A stretch of DNA of 39,288 nucleotides from Thermoplasmata archaeon. Its GTDB lineage: Archaea; Thermoplasmatota; Thermoplasmata; Thermoplasmatales; ARK-15. The translations under genes and the position numbers were made by a program. The stretch covers positions 4,682 through 43,969 of the forward strand of contig JAGDXR010000040.1 of NCBI GenBank assembly GCA_023261745.1, given 5' to 3'. Below, one piece after another: positions 28,017 to 37,817 of this stretch; the first letter of the stretch is position 1, and every line of letters starts with the position of its first letter. The notes beneath the pieces are model-generated. The model saw only the letters and a list, made by a program, of their open reading frames with translations, was not told the origin of the DNA and ran no database searches.

Positions 28017-29049
28017 TAATACTCAAATATAAAGAATATTTCAATATTCCTTGAGGCGTTCAGTTCAAACCCACAGTTCTTGCATCTGAATAATTAACCG
28101 TGCCTGTTATTTTTATCTATGTATCTGCACCTTGAACATTTATGCAATGTGTGTTCGGAATTTACATATACCACAATCTTATCTGCATCCTTGGCCCTGT
28201 ATTTTATGAACCTTTCCAGTTCTGCTTTTGACCTGATCCAATCATTTTCCTGAATTTTATGCTCAGAACGTTATGTCTCATATCTGCGTATTTCAATGAT
28301 TCAAGCGCAATCACATCATAGGGAAGTGAAACAATTCTCTTTGAGATCATATGATTGACATCACGCACGATCCGTCTTTTTCTTCCGCTTATTTTTTTCA
28401 ATTTCCTATGAGCAGAACGAGCACCTAAGTGCTGTAATCTCCTCTTTAAATATTGATATCTCCCTTTCACTTCCCTAAGATGTTTGCTGTTGAAAAATAT
28501 ATTGTTCGACAGTACTGCTATGTTCTTTATTCCTCTGTCTATTTTCAGTACTTTCACATTTTCTTTTTTCAACACCTCCTTATCAGGTATCTTTACCTGA
28601 ACCATTATAGATATCGTATTCCTTCTTTCATCTATTACCAGCTGGGCATTTGTGTATTCACCCCTGTATTTCTCGATTAAGGATGAATGCGCCACTGGAT
28701 ATACCAGCCTGTCCTGTACTGTGATGAGAGATATCCTATGTGAATCTGGATAGAACTTGAACGTCCTGTTATTATACCTTATTGTGAGTGATTTCTTCTT
28801 TATTTTCTTCTTGATTTTGGTTGCCTTAAATGCTTCCAAAGCTGTATCTCTGGCTATCTGCACCAGTGCTGATAGTAGTGTGGGTATCCTTTCCTTCACA
28901 GTCCTGTATTTACCTTTATTGATTCGGTTTATTGAACGTCTTATTCTCAAATCGTAGTCCATAACTATCTGTGTTGCTTCTTTGAACTGCCTAGCAGTTT
29001 AAATGAGTGATCTATCATACGGAAGCTTCAGTTTGATAGTTTTAAACAT
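28017..29049 (-). pseudogene. tnpB: TnpB (RNA-guided nuclease) pseudogene
   Basis: Starts MFKTIKLKL at 29049; in-frame TAA at 28999-29001; RuvC-I KIDRGIKN and RuvC-II IALESL; frameshift near 28233; zinc finger CSRC...CKNC with another stop; the RuvC-III segment reads ELNASRNI and lacks the Asp. Confidence 0.9.
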
Positions 29050-29267
29050 TATTTATTAGGATAGCAAAATTATCAATAAGCCTTTCAATTGAGGGAAGTT
29101 TGTGTATCTCCTCCCTGAAGGTCGGAGTTTTACTGCTTCCCTCAAGCTCCTAACTTTCCTGTAATCCAATGTGATTATATAAAAAAAATAAACATGAAAT
29201 CTCCAATCTTTAGCGATGAAAGTATGTCAGTAAAATTTTATATATAAATCTTTTAAGTATATATTCA

Positions 29268-30032
29268 ATGAATAACAATATTTCTTCAAGCGACAGAATG
29301 GAGGTGGTAAACTCACTGAGGAAGAAGGCAGGTTATGATTTCATTGAGGAGGAATTACCTCCAATAATTAGAAGTAAAATAGGTAGATTATCTGAAAAAT
29401 GGGGGAAAATAAAATCCATGATTATGGAATATAATAATAAATCTGAAAACATAAAAAGAACAATTAATCTTTGCAAAACTGAAATAATTCTGTTAACAAT
29501 TTTAATTCTCTTCACACTATTGGTGAACTGGCCGGCATTACTGATCTATTTTGGCCTTTCATTTCTATTAGGATATAGGGATCAGAAAATATTTATATAT
29601 TCTATAATAATATTGATTTTGATCATCATATTATTTTTTGTAATAAATATATATTCTGTCTATATAATATCCGTATTATTCATTGGAGTATTCATTATAT
29701 ATTATAAAAATACTAAGGCTAAGAAAAATTATCTTGTTACCCTAAAAAACAATATAGATAATTTGGAAAGGGAATTTGAAAATGAATTAAATGATCTCTC
29801 TGATGAAATATTGAAATCTCACGAATACGTTTTTGAGGCAAAATTAGAAGGAAACAAAAATGTTGTTATAAATAAAAATATATCGAGAAATATAACAATA
29901 AAATGTGTGAGCTGTGGGGCTCCATTAACATTTGATCCTTCCCAGTATAAGTGGGAAAGAGGATCAATTGTGATTGAATGCCCTTACTGCGGAACTAAAA
30001 ATTATGTGAATAAGGATATTTTAAATAAATAA
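29268..30032 (+). CDS. Membrane protein with coiled coil and C-terminal zinc ribbon
   Basis: Central hydrophobic block (about 3-4 TM), heptad-like LKNNIDNLEREFENELNDL, CVSCGAPL...CPYCG. Confidence 0.7.
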   Translation: MNNNISSSDRMEVVNSLRKKAGYDFIEEELPPIIRSKIGRLSEKWGKIKSMIMEYNNKSENIKRTINLCKTEIILLTILILFTLLVNWPALLIYFGLSFLLGYRDQKIFIYSIIILILIIILFFVINIYSVYIISVLFIGVFIIYYKNTKAKKNYLVTLKNNIDNLEREFENELNDLSDEILKSHEYVFEAKLEGNKNVVINKNISRNITIKCVSCGAPLTFDPSQYKWERGSIVIECPYCGTKNYVNKDILNK

Positions 30033-30097
30033 ATTTTTAGTTTTTTAAAAATATGATCGGTAAAAAAGTTTAAAAAAATGAGTTGAATTATGATTTT

Positions 30098-30793
30098 ATG
30101 GAAGATGGTAACTTAATCAAAGCTGAAAAATTTTACGAAAAGGAAATGTTTGACAGTGCTTTGGAATTATATTTAAAGGAATTTCCCAATCTGGATAATG
30201 AAAAGAAAATTGAAGTTGCAAAAAAGATTGCTGAATGCTATCTTTATAAGGAAAAACCTGACGTTGAAAAAGCACTTGAATATGAAAATATAGTTTTAAA
30301 TGGATTGAAGGATAAGGATCTTTTGAGGGAAAAGATTTTTTATTCAACTATACTTTCAGAAAGGGATCCCGAAAAGGCAAAATCAATTATTTTAGAAATA
30401 AAGGATGAGGCAGAAAAAAATGGTTATAAAGATATATTACCTGAGATCTACAATTCTATTGGTTTAATGCTCTGGAATACAAAGGAATCGGAAGATTATT
30501 TCATAAAAGCCATGAATTTATCTGCGGAAAACCATGACCTGGAGAATTACATAACAGCAATTCAAAATCTTGCATATATGGAAGCCGAAAGGGGTAATAG
30601 GCTTAAAGCAATGGAACTTCTTCAGAAGGCCATAAACACAATTGAAAATGAAAACGAAAAATTGCCAAAAACCAAGAGGAAAAGCTTTAAGGAATCATAT
30701 TCAGATCTGTATGATCAGGCAGCAAATCTGGCAATGGATATGGAGGATTTTGACCTGGCCATGGAAATATCTGAAAAAAGTTCAAAATATTAA
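30098..30793 (+). CDS. Tetratricopeptide-repeat protein
   Basis: TPR-like helices EIYNSIGLMLW...YFIKAM and AIQNLAY...KAMELLQKAI; start could be TTG 30083. Confidence 0.7.
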   Translation: MEDGNLIKAEKFYEKEMFDSALELYLKEFPNLDNEKKIEVAKKIAECYLYKEKPDVEKALEYENIVLNGLKDKDLLREKIFYSTILSERDPEKAKSIILEIKDEAEKNGYKDILPEIYNSIGLMLWNTKESEDYFIKAMNLSAENHDLENYITAIQNLAYMEAERGNRLKAMELLQKAINTIENENEKLPKTKRKSFKESYSDLYDQAANLAMDMEDFDLAMEISEKSSKY

Positions 30794-31497
30794 AGTGAAA
30801 AATTTTCCTTAATTAATTTAATCAATTTTTCCATTATATATTCATTGACTTTTTCTCCAAGTTCCCTGGTTGCTCCTGAAGGATCACTCAGTGTCCCATA
30901 TGGATATATTGATGAATAATTGTCTATTATCATATATTTGCCCTTTCCATGGAATAAAAATTTTGTATCCTTTTTAACCAGATCGGGTCTTATTGCCATC
31001 ATTCTTGAAGTTTCTATTAAACCTGCATGGGAATCATTTTCAGGGACTAGATTTCCTCTAAGCTCGTAAGCAATATCATAATCGGACAGAAACATGATTT
31101 TGACAGTATTCTCTCTGACTATTTTAATTGCTGCATCCCTTATGGCGGCCATGTGGATCGATCCAGCGTGTCCTGAGATTATCAGAATTTTTGTGAATTT
31201 CCATTTTATTACGGATAACAGAATATCATAAATTAGGGATCTCAAAGTGTCAAATGATACCGTTATTGTTCCCTCAAAATCATCCAGATCGGTATTTCCA
31301 TAATATATGGATGGCAGTATCACCGATTCTATTTTTTCTGATATTTTATTGGCAACAAATATTGCCTGGTCTGTATCAGATGATAATGGAAGATGAGGCC
31401 CATGCTCCTCGATTGAACCAACGGGTAAAATTACCAGAACATTATCCCTGTTTAATTTTTTAAAATCCTCAAATGTCAGATCTGTCCAATTAACCAT
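30790..31497 (-). CDS. Creatininase-family amidohydrolase
   Basis: LPVGSIEEHGPHLPLSSD, SGHAG, HAGLIETS; substrate not determinable from sequence. Confidence 0.9.
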   Translation of the reverse strand: MVNWTDLTFEDFKKLNRDNVLVILPVGSIEEHGPHLPLSSDTDQAIFVANKISEKIESVILPSIYYGNTDLDDFEGTITVSFDTLRSLIYDILLSVIKWKFTKILIISGHAGSIHMAAIRDAAIKIVRENTVKIMFLSDYDIAYELRGNLVPENDSHAGLIETSRMMAIRPDLVKKDTKFLFHGKGKYMIIDNYSSIYPYGTLSDPSGATRELGEKVNEYIMEKLIKLIKENFSL

Positions 31498-31574
31498 GTT
31501 AGTTGATTAATTTAAGAATATAAAAAATTAACTGAAAAAGAAACAATAATTAATTTGAAAGATATTATGCATAT

Positions 31575-32870
31575 GTGATTGATATGAGCATGGAAGATGC
31601 ATTGAAGATTAGGGATCTAGCTATTCAGCACAATAAATATTTTGAGGAGTCAATTCCATTGATAGCAAGCGAGAATGTTATGTCCCCTCTGGCGAGGGAA
31701 ATGCTTTTGACTGATCTCGGTTCAAGATATGCTGAAGGGCTACCGGGAAAGAGATATTATCAGGGAAATCAGTATGTGGATCAGATAGAAATATTGACAA
31801 CAGATCTGGGTAAAAAATTATTCAATACAGATTATGTGGATGTAAGACCAATATCTGGAACAAATGCCAATCAGGCAGTTGTTTTTGCACTGACAAACCC
31901 TGGGGATCTCATTACAACCATACCCCTGGCCAGCGGTGCGCATATATCCAGTGCAAAGTTTGGGACTGTAGGTTTCAGAGGCTTGAATCCCATTCCATTA
32001 CCCTTTGATCATGAAATCATGAATGTTGATGTCGATCTTGCCTCTAGAATTATTAAACTGGTAAAACCAAAAGTAGCTCTTTTTGGACAATCCGTCTTTC
32101 TGTTCCCAACTCCATTGAAAGAACTTTCAGATGCGCTTCAGGAAGCTGATTCATTTGTATGGTATGATGGTGCGCATGTCCTGGGTTTAATTGCTGGAAA
32201 AAGGTTTCAGGATCCTCTGAGAGAGGGAGCACATGTTATCACAGGAAGCACACATAAAACTTTACCTGGTCCCCAGAGAGGAATAATCCTAGGAAATTCT
32301 AAGAATGAAGATATGTGGGAAAAGGTGCAGAGGGCAGTTTTCCCGGGAGTTATATCAAACCATCATCTCAATACTATGGCAGCATTGGGTATCACATTTG
32401 CGGAGCATCTGGAATATGGTGAAGCATATGCCGACCAGGTTATAAGAAATGCGAAAAGGTTGGCGGAAACAATGCATTCACTGGGATTCAAAGTTCTCGG
32501 CGAGAAGGTCGGATTTACAAAAAGCCATACGATTTTGGTGGATGTCAGGGAATATGGAGGGGGAAGAAAAATAGCTGAAAATCTTGAAAAGGCAAACATA
32601 GTTTTGAATATGAATCTTTTGCCTTACGATGATCAATCAAAGCCAAGAAACCCCAGTGGCATAAGGCTTGGAACACAGGAATTAACTAGAATAGGAATGA
32701 AGGAGAGCGATATGGACCATGTTGCTGAATTGATCAAAAAGATAACAATAGATAAAAAGAATCCCGAAGATGTCAGGAATGAGGTAATCGAGTTTAAGAA
32801 GAATTTCAGGACTGTAAAATACTGTTTCAACGACAATTTTGAGGCATATAAGTATATAAAATTAATTTAA
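31575..32870 (+). CDS. glyA: Serine hydroxymethyltransferase (archaeal type)
   Basis: LIASEN, RYAEG, YDGAHVLGL, PLP-lysine motif GSTHKTLPGPQRG, SGIRLGT; exact start among 31575/31584/31590. Confidence 0.97.
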   Translation: MIDMSMEDALKIRDLAIQHNKYFEESIPLIASENVMSPLAREMLLTDLGSRYAEGLPGKRYYQGNQYVDQIEILTTDLGKKLFNTDYVDVRPISGTNANQAVVFALTNPGDLITTIPLASGAHISSAKFGTVGFRGLNPIPLPFDHEIMNVDVDLASRIIKLVKPKVALFGQSVFLFPTPLKELSDALQEADSFVWYDGAHVLGLIAGKRFQDPLREGAHVITGSTHKTLPGPQRGIILGNSKNEDMWEKVQRAVFPGVISNHHLNTMAALGITFAEHLEYGEAYADQVIRNAKRLAETMHSLGFKVLGEKVGFTKSHTILVDVREYGGGRKIAENLEKANIVLNMNLLPYDDQSKPRNPSGIRLGTQELTRIGMKESDMDHVAELIKKITIDKKNPEDVRNEVIEFKKNFRTVKYCFNDNFEAYKYIKLI

Positions 32871-32935
32871 ATCTTTTAAATTTTATTTATTTATAATTTG
32901 AAAACATTTATGCTTTCATATACCTTGATTTATTT

Positions 32936-33565
32936 ATGAAGATTGCACCTTCGATAGTATCAGCGGATCTAACATGCCTTGAAAATGTTATTGAAATACT
33001 TGAAAAGAATGGTATTGATCTTTATCATGTTGATGTGATGGATGGCCATTTTGTTCCTAACATTACAGTCGGTCCAGACTTCATAAAAAATTTGAGAAAA
33101 TTAACTGAACTGCCTATTGAATCCCATCTTATGATAACCAATCCGGAAAAATATGTAAAAAGATTCATGGAAGCAGGATCAGATATGATAACATTACATT
33201 CTGAATTGAGTTCTTCAAAGGATATATTGAAAAATTTAATGGATGTAAAAAGAGGCATTGCAATAAATCCATCCACACCAGCTGAAATTTTAAATGATTA
33301 TTATGGTATTGTTGATTATGTTCTAATAATGTCTGTAAATCCCGGTTTTTCAGGTCAGAAATTCATCCCTGATGTGATACCGAAATTGATAAGAGCTCGT
33401 GAGATATTCGGTGAAAAAATTGAAATTTCGATTGATGGAGGCATAAATTCAGAAACCGTAAAATTTGTAAAAAATTATGTTGATATAATCTGTTCCGCCT
33501 CAGGAATTTTCAGTGGAAATATAGAGGAAAATTTAAAAAAGTTAAGATTGAATTCAATCCCATGA
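32936..33565 (+). CDS. rpe: Ribulose-phosphate 3-epimerase
   Basis: IAPSIVSAD, HVDVMDGHFVPN, HLM, MSVNPGFSGQKF, IDGGIN. Confidence 0.97.
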   Translation: MKIAPSIVSADLTCLENVIEILEKNGIDLYHVDVMDGHFVPNITVGPDFIKNLRKLTELPIESHLMITNPEKYVKRFMEAGSDMITLHSELSSSKDILKNLMDVKRGIAINPSTPAEILNDYYGIVDYVLIMSVNPGFSGQKFIPDVIPKLIRAREIFGEKIEISIDGGINSETVKFVKNYVDIICSASGIFSGNIEENLKKLRLNSIP

Positions 33566-36316
33566 TAGAGGTACATTGCATTTTGGACAGAATGCTTCTT
33601 GATTTGGTAATTCCGTTTCGCACATTGGACAGAAACTTTTTTCCTCATTCCTGACAACATTAAATAATTTTATGCTTGAAAGATAATCCTTTGCAACCTT
33701 TATTTTGTTTATTGATATTCCTGTTTTGTCAGAGATTTCTTTGATATCTGCATTTCTTATATCCTCTATTGTCCTGTAACCTGAATTGAACATCTTTTCT
33801 GCATCCTGAAGAGTAAATGAAGGAAGTTTAGATATTGATTTAATCTTATATTTTGCGTATAATGGAGTGATTCCTATTTCTACATCCCCTTCCATTATAT
33901 CATTAAAGGATCTCACCAGTGCTTCAACTATCTGGTCAGTAAAATTCATTTCCGCTATTTTCAATTCCCTTATCATCTGATCCTTCCTTTTATTTATGAT
34001 ATTTTTTAAATACATTGAATTGGTAAGACTTACTTTGATAATATCATCAAATTCGGTATTTATCTGATACTTCATATAAGAAATCCTTCTCAATAATTTT
34101 TTATAAATTTTTTCTTCCTCAAGTGAATCATCTTCATTGAAATCTATGTAAAATTTGAATTCTCCTATTTCCTTGTAGGCAAATCCTTGGGGCAGCTGAT
34201 ATTCAAACTTTACCATTGAGGGGGTTATTGTTATCAGCTGACCCTCTACTCCTACATTATATCCATTTAACTCTATTTCACTTTTTAATTTTCTTGCATC
34301 CAGTTTTGATAATATAAGTTCAAGGGTGTTTGCCATGGGTTTGTATATATCCCCCAGCTTTTCCCTGTTTAATATTATCTTGTATTCTTTTCCCTTCCAT
34401 GAATCGGTTATCTCAATATCCATAGAATTCAAAAATCTCCTTATCTGGACTTTCATGTTAACCAGAACAGGATTGTATTTCATCTGTGTTTCAATAATTA
34501 TTTTTTTGACCGGTTTTGACTGTTCCCACTCCCTCTCCTTCTTTAATTTTTTCAGCTCATTTTCAAAAATAAACAATGATTCCACGAGGTTTTCAAGGGC
34601 CTCGTTTACCATATATTTTCCTCTCTCAATTTTGACAATGTCAAAATCGGTTTTTGATACAAATTCTAAGATGGTACTTGGGAAAAATGGATATGATATG
34701 GAAATGAACTCCTGAAGTACATCTCTGTTAACCAGATCCTTTCTTATCATTTTCAGATATTTCTTGGAAAATAATTCCACAAAATTGTAGTATTCCTTTA
34801 CAATGTTTACAATATTGAAATTTTCAAAATTCTCATGAAATATTTTCTTTAATCTTTCAGCCCTGGAGAGTATCCATTCATCCAGGACATTTGCATTCTT
34901 TCTTGTTCCATATATTAAAGAAAATCTTAGAATGTTGTCTATGTAACTCCTTATTTTATCGGCCTTGTCAATGTCCTCAATATTCAGAACACCGGATTTT
35001 TTGGATGCAGATGTAATCCTGAAAAGTTCAGGATCACTTTCCATTATGTTTATTTTATTAGAATCAACATAATCAATGTAAATGTCTTCAATGTAATTTG
35101 TTTTTGTTGCTGATATAAAATTAATTAACATTGAAATATTTTTTAATTTTTTATGATTGATCTTTATTTTGTTTTTTATGGAGTTTGAAAATGCGTAGAT
35201 TCCAACAGGTAAAATATTTGGATCATAGGAATATTTCAGAACCATTCTTCCTCCACAGCTACAATCCTTTTCTTCCTTTCCGAATTCTATCTTACCGCAT
35301 TTTTCACATTCCAGTATAGGCAATCTTGGATAGTTCTTGAATTCCTTGGAAATCATAATGGATTTTCTGTAAACCTGTTTTTCAATGCTCTTGGGATGTA
35401 TTCTTACATTTAGCTGGTCAACAGTTAAAAATACTGCATTCTGCCTTTTCTTTCTTACCTTCTTATTACAGTACTTGCATTTTGGAATGTTTCCCATTAC
35501 ATCATCATGATCTATTATTTCAACTTCCAGTTTCACGCTCCTGTCCACATACTTTTCATCAGATGCATTAACATCACCTGATAATATTCGTGTTTGCAGA
35601 TTGGGTTGTATTATTGGTTTAAATAATTTGAAATAACTCTGAATGTCTGTGCCCATTTTTTCTTCATATTTTGCCGGGAATATCACTTTCTTTTCTATTA
35701 ATTTATTATATGTATTTCTCTCTATAACCCATCTTTCATTTCCTTCATTCTGAATATAAAAAATATCATAAGAATTGATCGTCAACCCCTGTGCAGATAA
35801 TACAACATCTTCAGGACCATAGAAAATAAAAAATGTATTGTTATCTATCTTTATTTTTGCATATAAAATCTTGCTTTCCCCAAGTTCAAACATGATGTCC
35901 TGCTTTGAGAGGGCAGTTTTACAGAAATCACAGTAGTATTTTGGGCTTCCATCGACATATAATTTTCCAGAGGAATATAGATTACCTATAATATTATCAA
36001 GCTGCGAGATTGATTTGATATCGGATGATATAAGAGATACACCATTAGTAATATTTTTCATGAGATTTTTAATCTGTACAAAATTTACCTGTGTTTTTTT
36101 AACAGATGTTGGGGGTAGTGCTATAATGGGAATGACCAAACTACCTTCCACAAGATTCATTCCATATGATAATATAATCTTTTTATTTGGATTTTTAAAT
36201 AAAATTTCATCTAACCTATGATAAATATCCGAATAAGAAATCGAAACTAACATTTCATTATCGGGTGGAAGTTCTATTGGATAGGTCCCACCTGTTAATT
36301 TTCTTTCACCCATCAT
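33554..36316 (-). CDS. Catalytically degenerate isoleucyl-tRNA synthetase (IleRS2-type) paralogue fused to C-terminal HhH and zinc-ribbon domains
   Basis: Collinear IleRS landmarks: YCDFCKTALS, PKCKYC, LPILECEKC, CSCGG, LDEWILSR, YPFFP, KLLRRISYMK. No HIGH/KMSKS. C-terminal GYRTIEDIRNAD...TGIS and CPMC...CPKC. Confidence 0.75.
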   Translation of the reverse strand: MMGERKLTGGTYPIELPPDNEMLVSISYSDIYHRLDEILFKNPNKKIILSYGMNLVEGSLVIPIIALPPTSVKKTQVNFVQIKNLMKNITNGVSLISSDIKSISQLDNIIGNLYSSGKLYVDGSPKYYCDFCKTALSKQDIMFELGESKILYAKIKIDNNTFFIFYGPEDVVLSAQGLTINSYDIFYIQNEGNERWVIERNTYNKLIEKKVIFPAKYEEKMGTDIQSYFKLFKPIIQPNLQTRILSGDVNASDEKYVDRSVKLEVEIIDHDDVMGNIPKCKYCNKKVRKKRQNAVFLTVDQLNVRIHPKSIEKQVYRKSIMISKEFKNYPRLPILECEKCGKIEFGKEEKDCSCGGRMVLKYSYDPNILPVGIYAFSNSIKNKIKINHKKLKNISMLINFISATKTNYIEDIYIDYVDSNKINIMESDPELFRITSASKKSGVLNIEDIDKADKIRSYIDNILRFSLIYGTRKNANVLDEWILSRAERLKKIFHENFENFNIVNIVKEYYNFVELFSKKYLKMIRKDLVNRDVLQEFISISYPFFPSTILEFVSKTDFDIVKIERGKYMVNEALENLVESLFIFENELKKLKKEREWEQSKPVKKIIIETQMKYNPVLVNMKVQIRRFLNSMDIEITDSWKGKEYKIILNREKLGDIYKPMANTLELILSKLDARKLKSEIELNGYNVGVEGQLITITPSMVKFEYQLPQGFAYKEIGEFKFYIDFNEDDSLEEEKIYKKLLRRISYMKYQINTEFDDIIKVSLTNSMYLKNIINKRKDQMIRELKIAEMNFTDQIVEALVRSFNDIMEGDVEIGITPLYAKYKIKSISKLPSFTLQDAEKMFNSGYRTIEDIRNADIKEISDKTGISINKIKVAKDYLSSIKLFNVVRNEEKSFCPMCETELPNQEAFCPKCNVPLSWD

Positions 36317-36365
36317 TTTGATTTTTAATCGTTATATTTCATTATAAATTTATCTATTTGTTACA

Positions 36366-37769
36366 TCAATTTTTTATATATTTTTTCATAACATCCGGAA
36401 TTAAATCAATCATTTCACTCGTATAATAGAAGTTTGAATGTTTCTCAAATGCTTCAATGCCTGAATTTCCAACTATGAAAGAACCCATACATGCCGCATG
36501 ATAAGGATCTATACCCCTTGCCATTAACCCTGCAATTACACCTGTTAAAACGTCTCCTGTTCCACCCCTAGTCATGGAAGGATGGTGAAATATTGCATTT
36601 CTTTTTAACCTTTCACCATCGGTAATTATATCCGTACTACCCTTTACCAGTATTGTTACATTCAATTTCATTGAATAATTCTTAATTACCTCCTCAATGG
36701 GATCTTCACCAAACATTTCCCTGAATTCACCTCTGTGAGGTGTTAGTACACCAAGATTTTTAAAATTTATATTTTTTACTGCAAGCAGGGCATCTGCATC
36801 TACAACAACCTTTCTTTTGTTTTCAATTGCAAAATTAACTATTTCCCTGACAGTTTTTAAAACATCTTCATTTGTTGATATCCCCGGTCCAATCGCAAGA
36901 ACTACATCCTTTTCCTTCATCATATCTTTCATCTCATGTGTCAGTTCGATGTATTCATTACCTCCATTACGTAGAATCATATCATTGAAATTCGCACCCA
37001 GTATTGAATGGATGGACTTGGGTGAAAAGAGGTAAACCAGATCCACTCCCATCCTGCCTGCAGCCTTTGATACATATAGAGGTGCACCAAAATAATGTAT
37101 GCTCCCGGCTACAACCATCACCAGACCATTCATCCCTTTATGTGATTCCTTACCGTTCATTCTATATAAAATCATTTCACCTGGACCCACGGATTCAATT
37201 ACTTCCAAGGGAAAACCAACATTCGCAACCACTATTTTTCCACAGCAGTTTTCATCCATACCCTTCTTAATAAATTGCATCGTGACCGTTAAAGTCGGTT
37301 TTATTCTAACCTTTGTGGGAAAACCGCTCGGTACATCAACTGAAATTACACGTTTCCCTGATTCATTGACTTTCTGAATTATACTTCTGAAAGGTTCCCT
37401 TGGCTCATTGTTTAATCCAATCCCTAACATGGCATCTATGATCATATCATATTCATCCAATGATAATTTATCATCCATTATGACACCTTTCTGTAAAGCT
37501 TCATTGTATTTTTTTATGCAAAGTTCAGATGCTGGAGGGGAAACCGGATATCCATGAACTTCGAAACCATTCATTTTTAGTTCTCTGGCAGCAACATAGC
37601 CATCCCCTCCATTATTACCTGAACCGCATATGACAAGGATTTTTGTTGGTTTGAATGATATCGCCTCAGATGCAACTGATTTTCCTGCATTTTCCATTAA
37701 ACTTTCCATATTGATATTGAAAAATTCAGCATTTTTATCCAGTATTCTTGCATCATCTATATCGTACAT
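36366..37769 (-). CDS. nnr: Bifunctional NAD(P)H-hydrate repair enzyme (NnrE epimerase + NnrD dehydratase)
   Basis: LMENAG, CGSGNNGGDG, SVDVPSG, SHKG, AIGPG, VVDADAL, LTPHRGEF, GGTGDVLTG. Confidence 0.95.
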   Translation of the reverse strand: MYDIDDARILDKNAEFFNINMESLMENAGKSVASEAISFKPTKILVICGSGNNGGDGYVAARELKMNGFEVHGYPVSPPASELCIKKYNEALQKGVIMDDKLSLDEYDMIIDAMLGIGLNNEPREPFRSIIQKVNESGKRVISVDVPSGFPTKVRIKPTLTVTMQFIKKGMDENCCGKIVVANVGFPLEVIESVGPGEMILYRMNGKESHKGMNGLVMVVAGSIHYFGAPLYVSKAAGRMGVDLVYLFSPKSIHSILGANFNDMILRNGGNEYIELTHEMKDMMKEKDVVLAIGPGISTNEDVLKTVREIVNFAIENKRKVVVDADALLAVKNINFKNLGVLTPHRGEFREMFGEDPIEEVIKNYSMKLNVTILVKGSTDIITDGERLKRNAIFHHPSMTRGGTGDVLTGVIAGLMARGIDPYHAACMGSFIVGNSGIEAFEKHSNFYYTSEMIDLIPDVMKKYIKN

Positions 37770-37817
37770 AAATAATGATATGAAAAAAGAATATAATATT
37801 TTATTTCAATTTTTATT

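Larger units (their letters stand above)
27916..29160 (-). mobile_element. IS200/IS605-family (IS1341-like, tnpB-only) element, decayed
   Basis: Left end follows TTAC (minus strand) and has the hairpin CTCC-CTGAAGGTC-GGAG inside a 10-bp inverted repeat (29089-29098/29136-29145). Right end GCTCCGAAGCTTTAGCGAGGAGTAGCAGAC. Contains the tnpB remnant; no tnpA. Confidence 0.85.

Noticed and set aside
28204..28962. Active compact Cas12f/TnpB nuclease or a domesticated TldR-like repressor
   Set aside because: The N-terminus is cut off by a stop, the C-terminus is frameshifted with a further stop, and there is no CRISPR array or cas gene nearby. The pattern is decay rather than clean catalytic inactivation.
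33554..36316. Annotation as functional ileS or a mupirocin-resistance IleRS2
   Set aside because: The HIGH and KMSKS equivalents and the editing residues are missing, so the symbol ileS is withheld.
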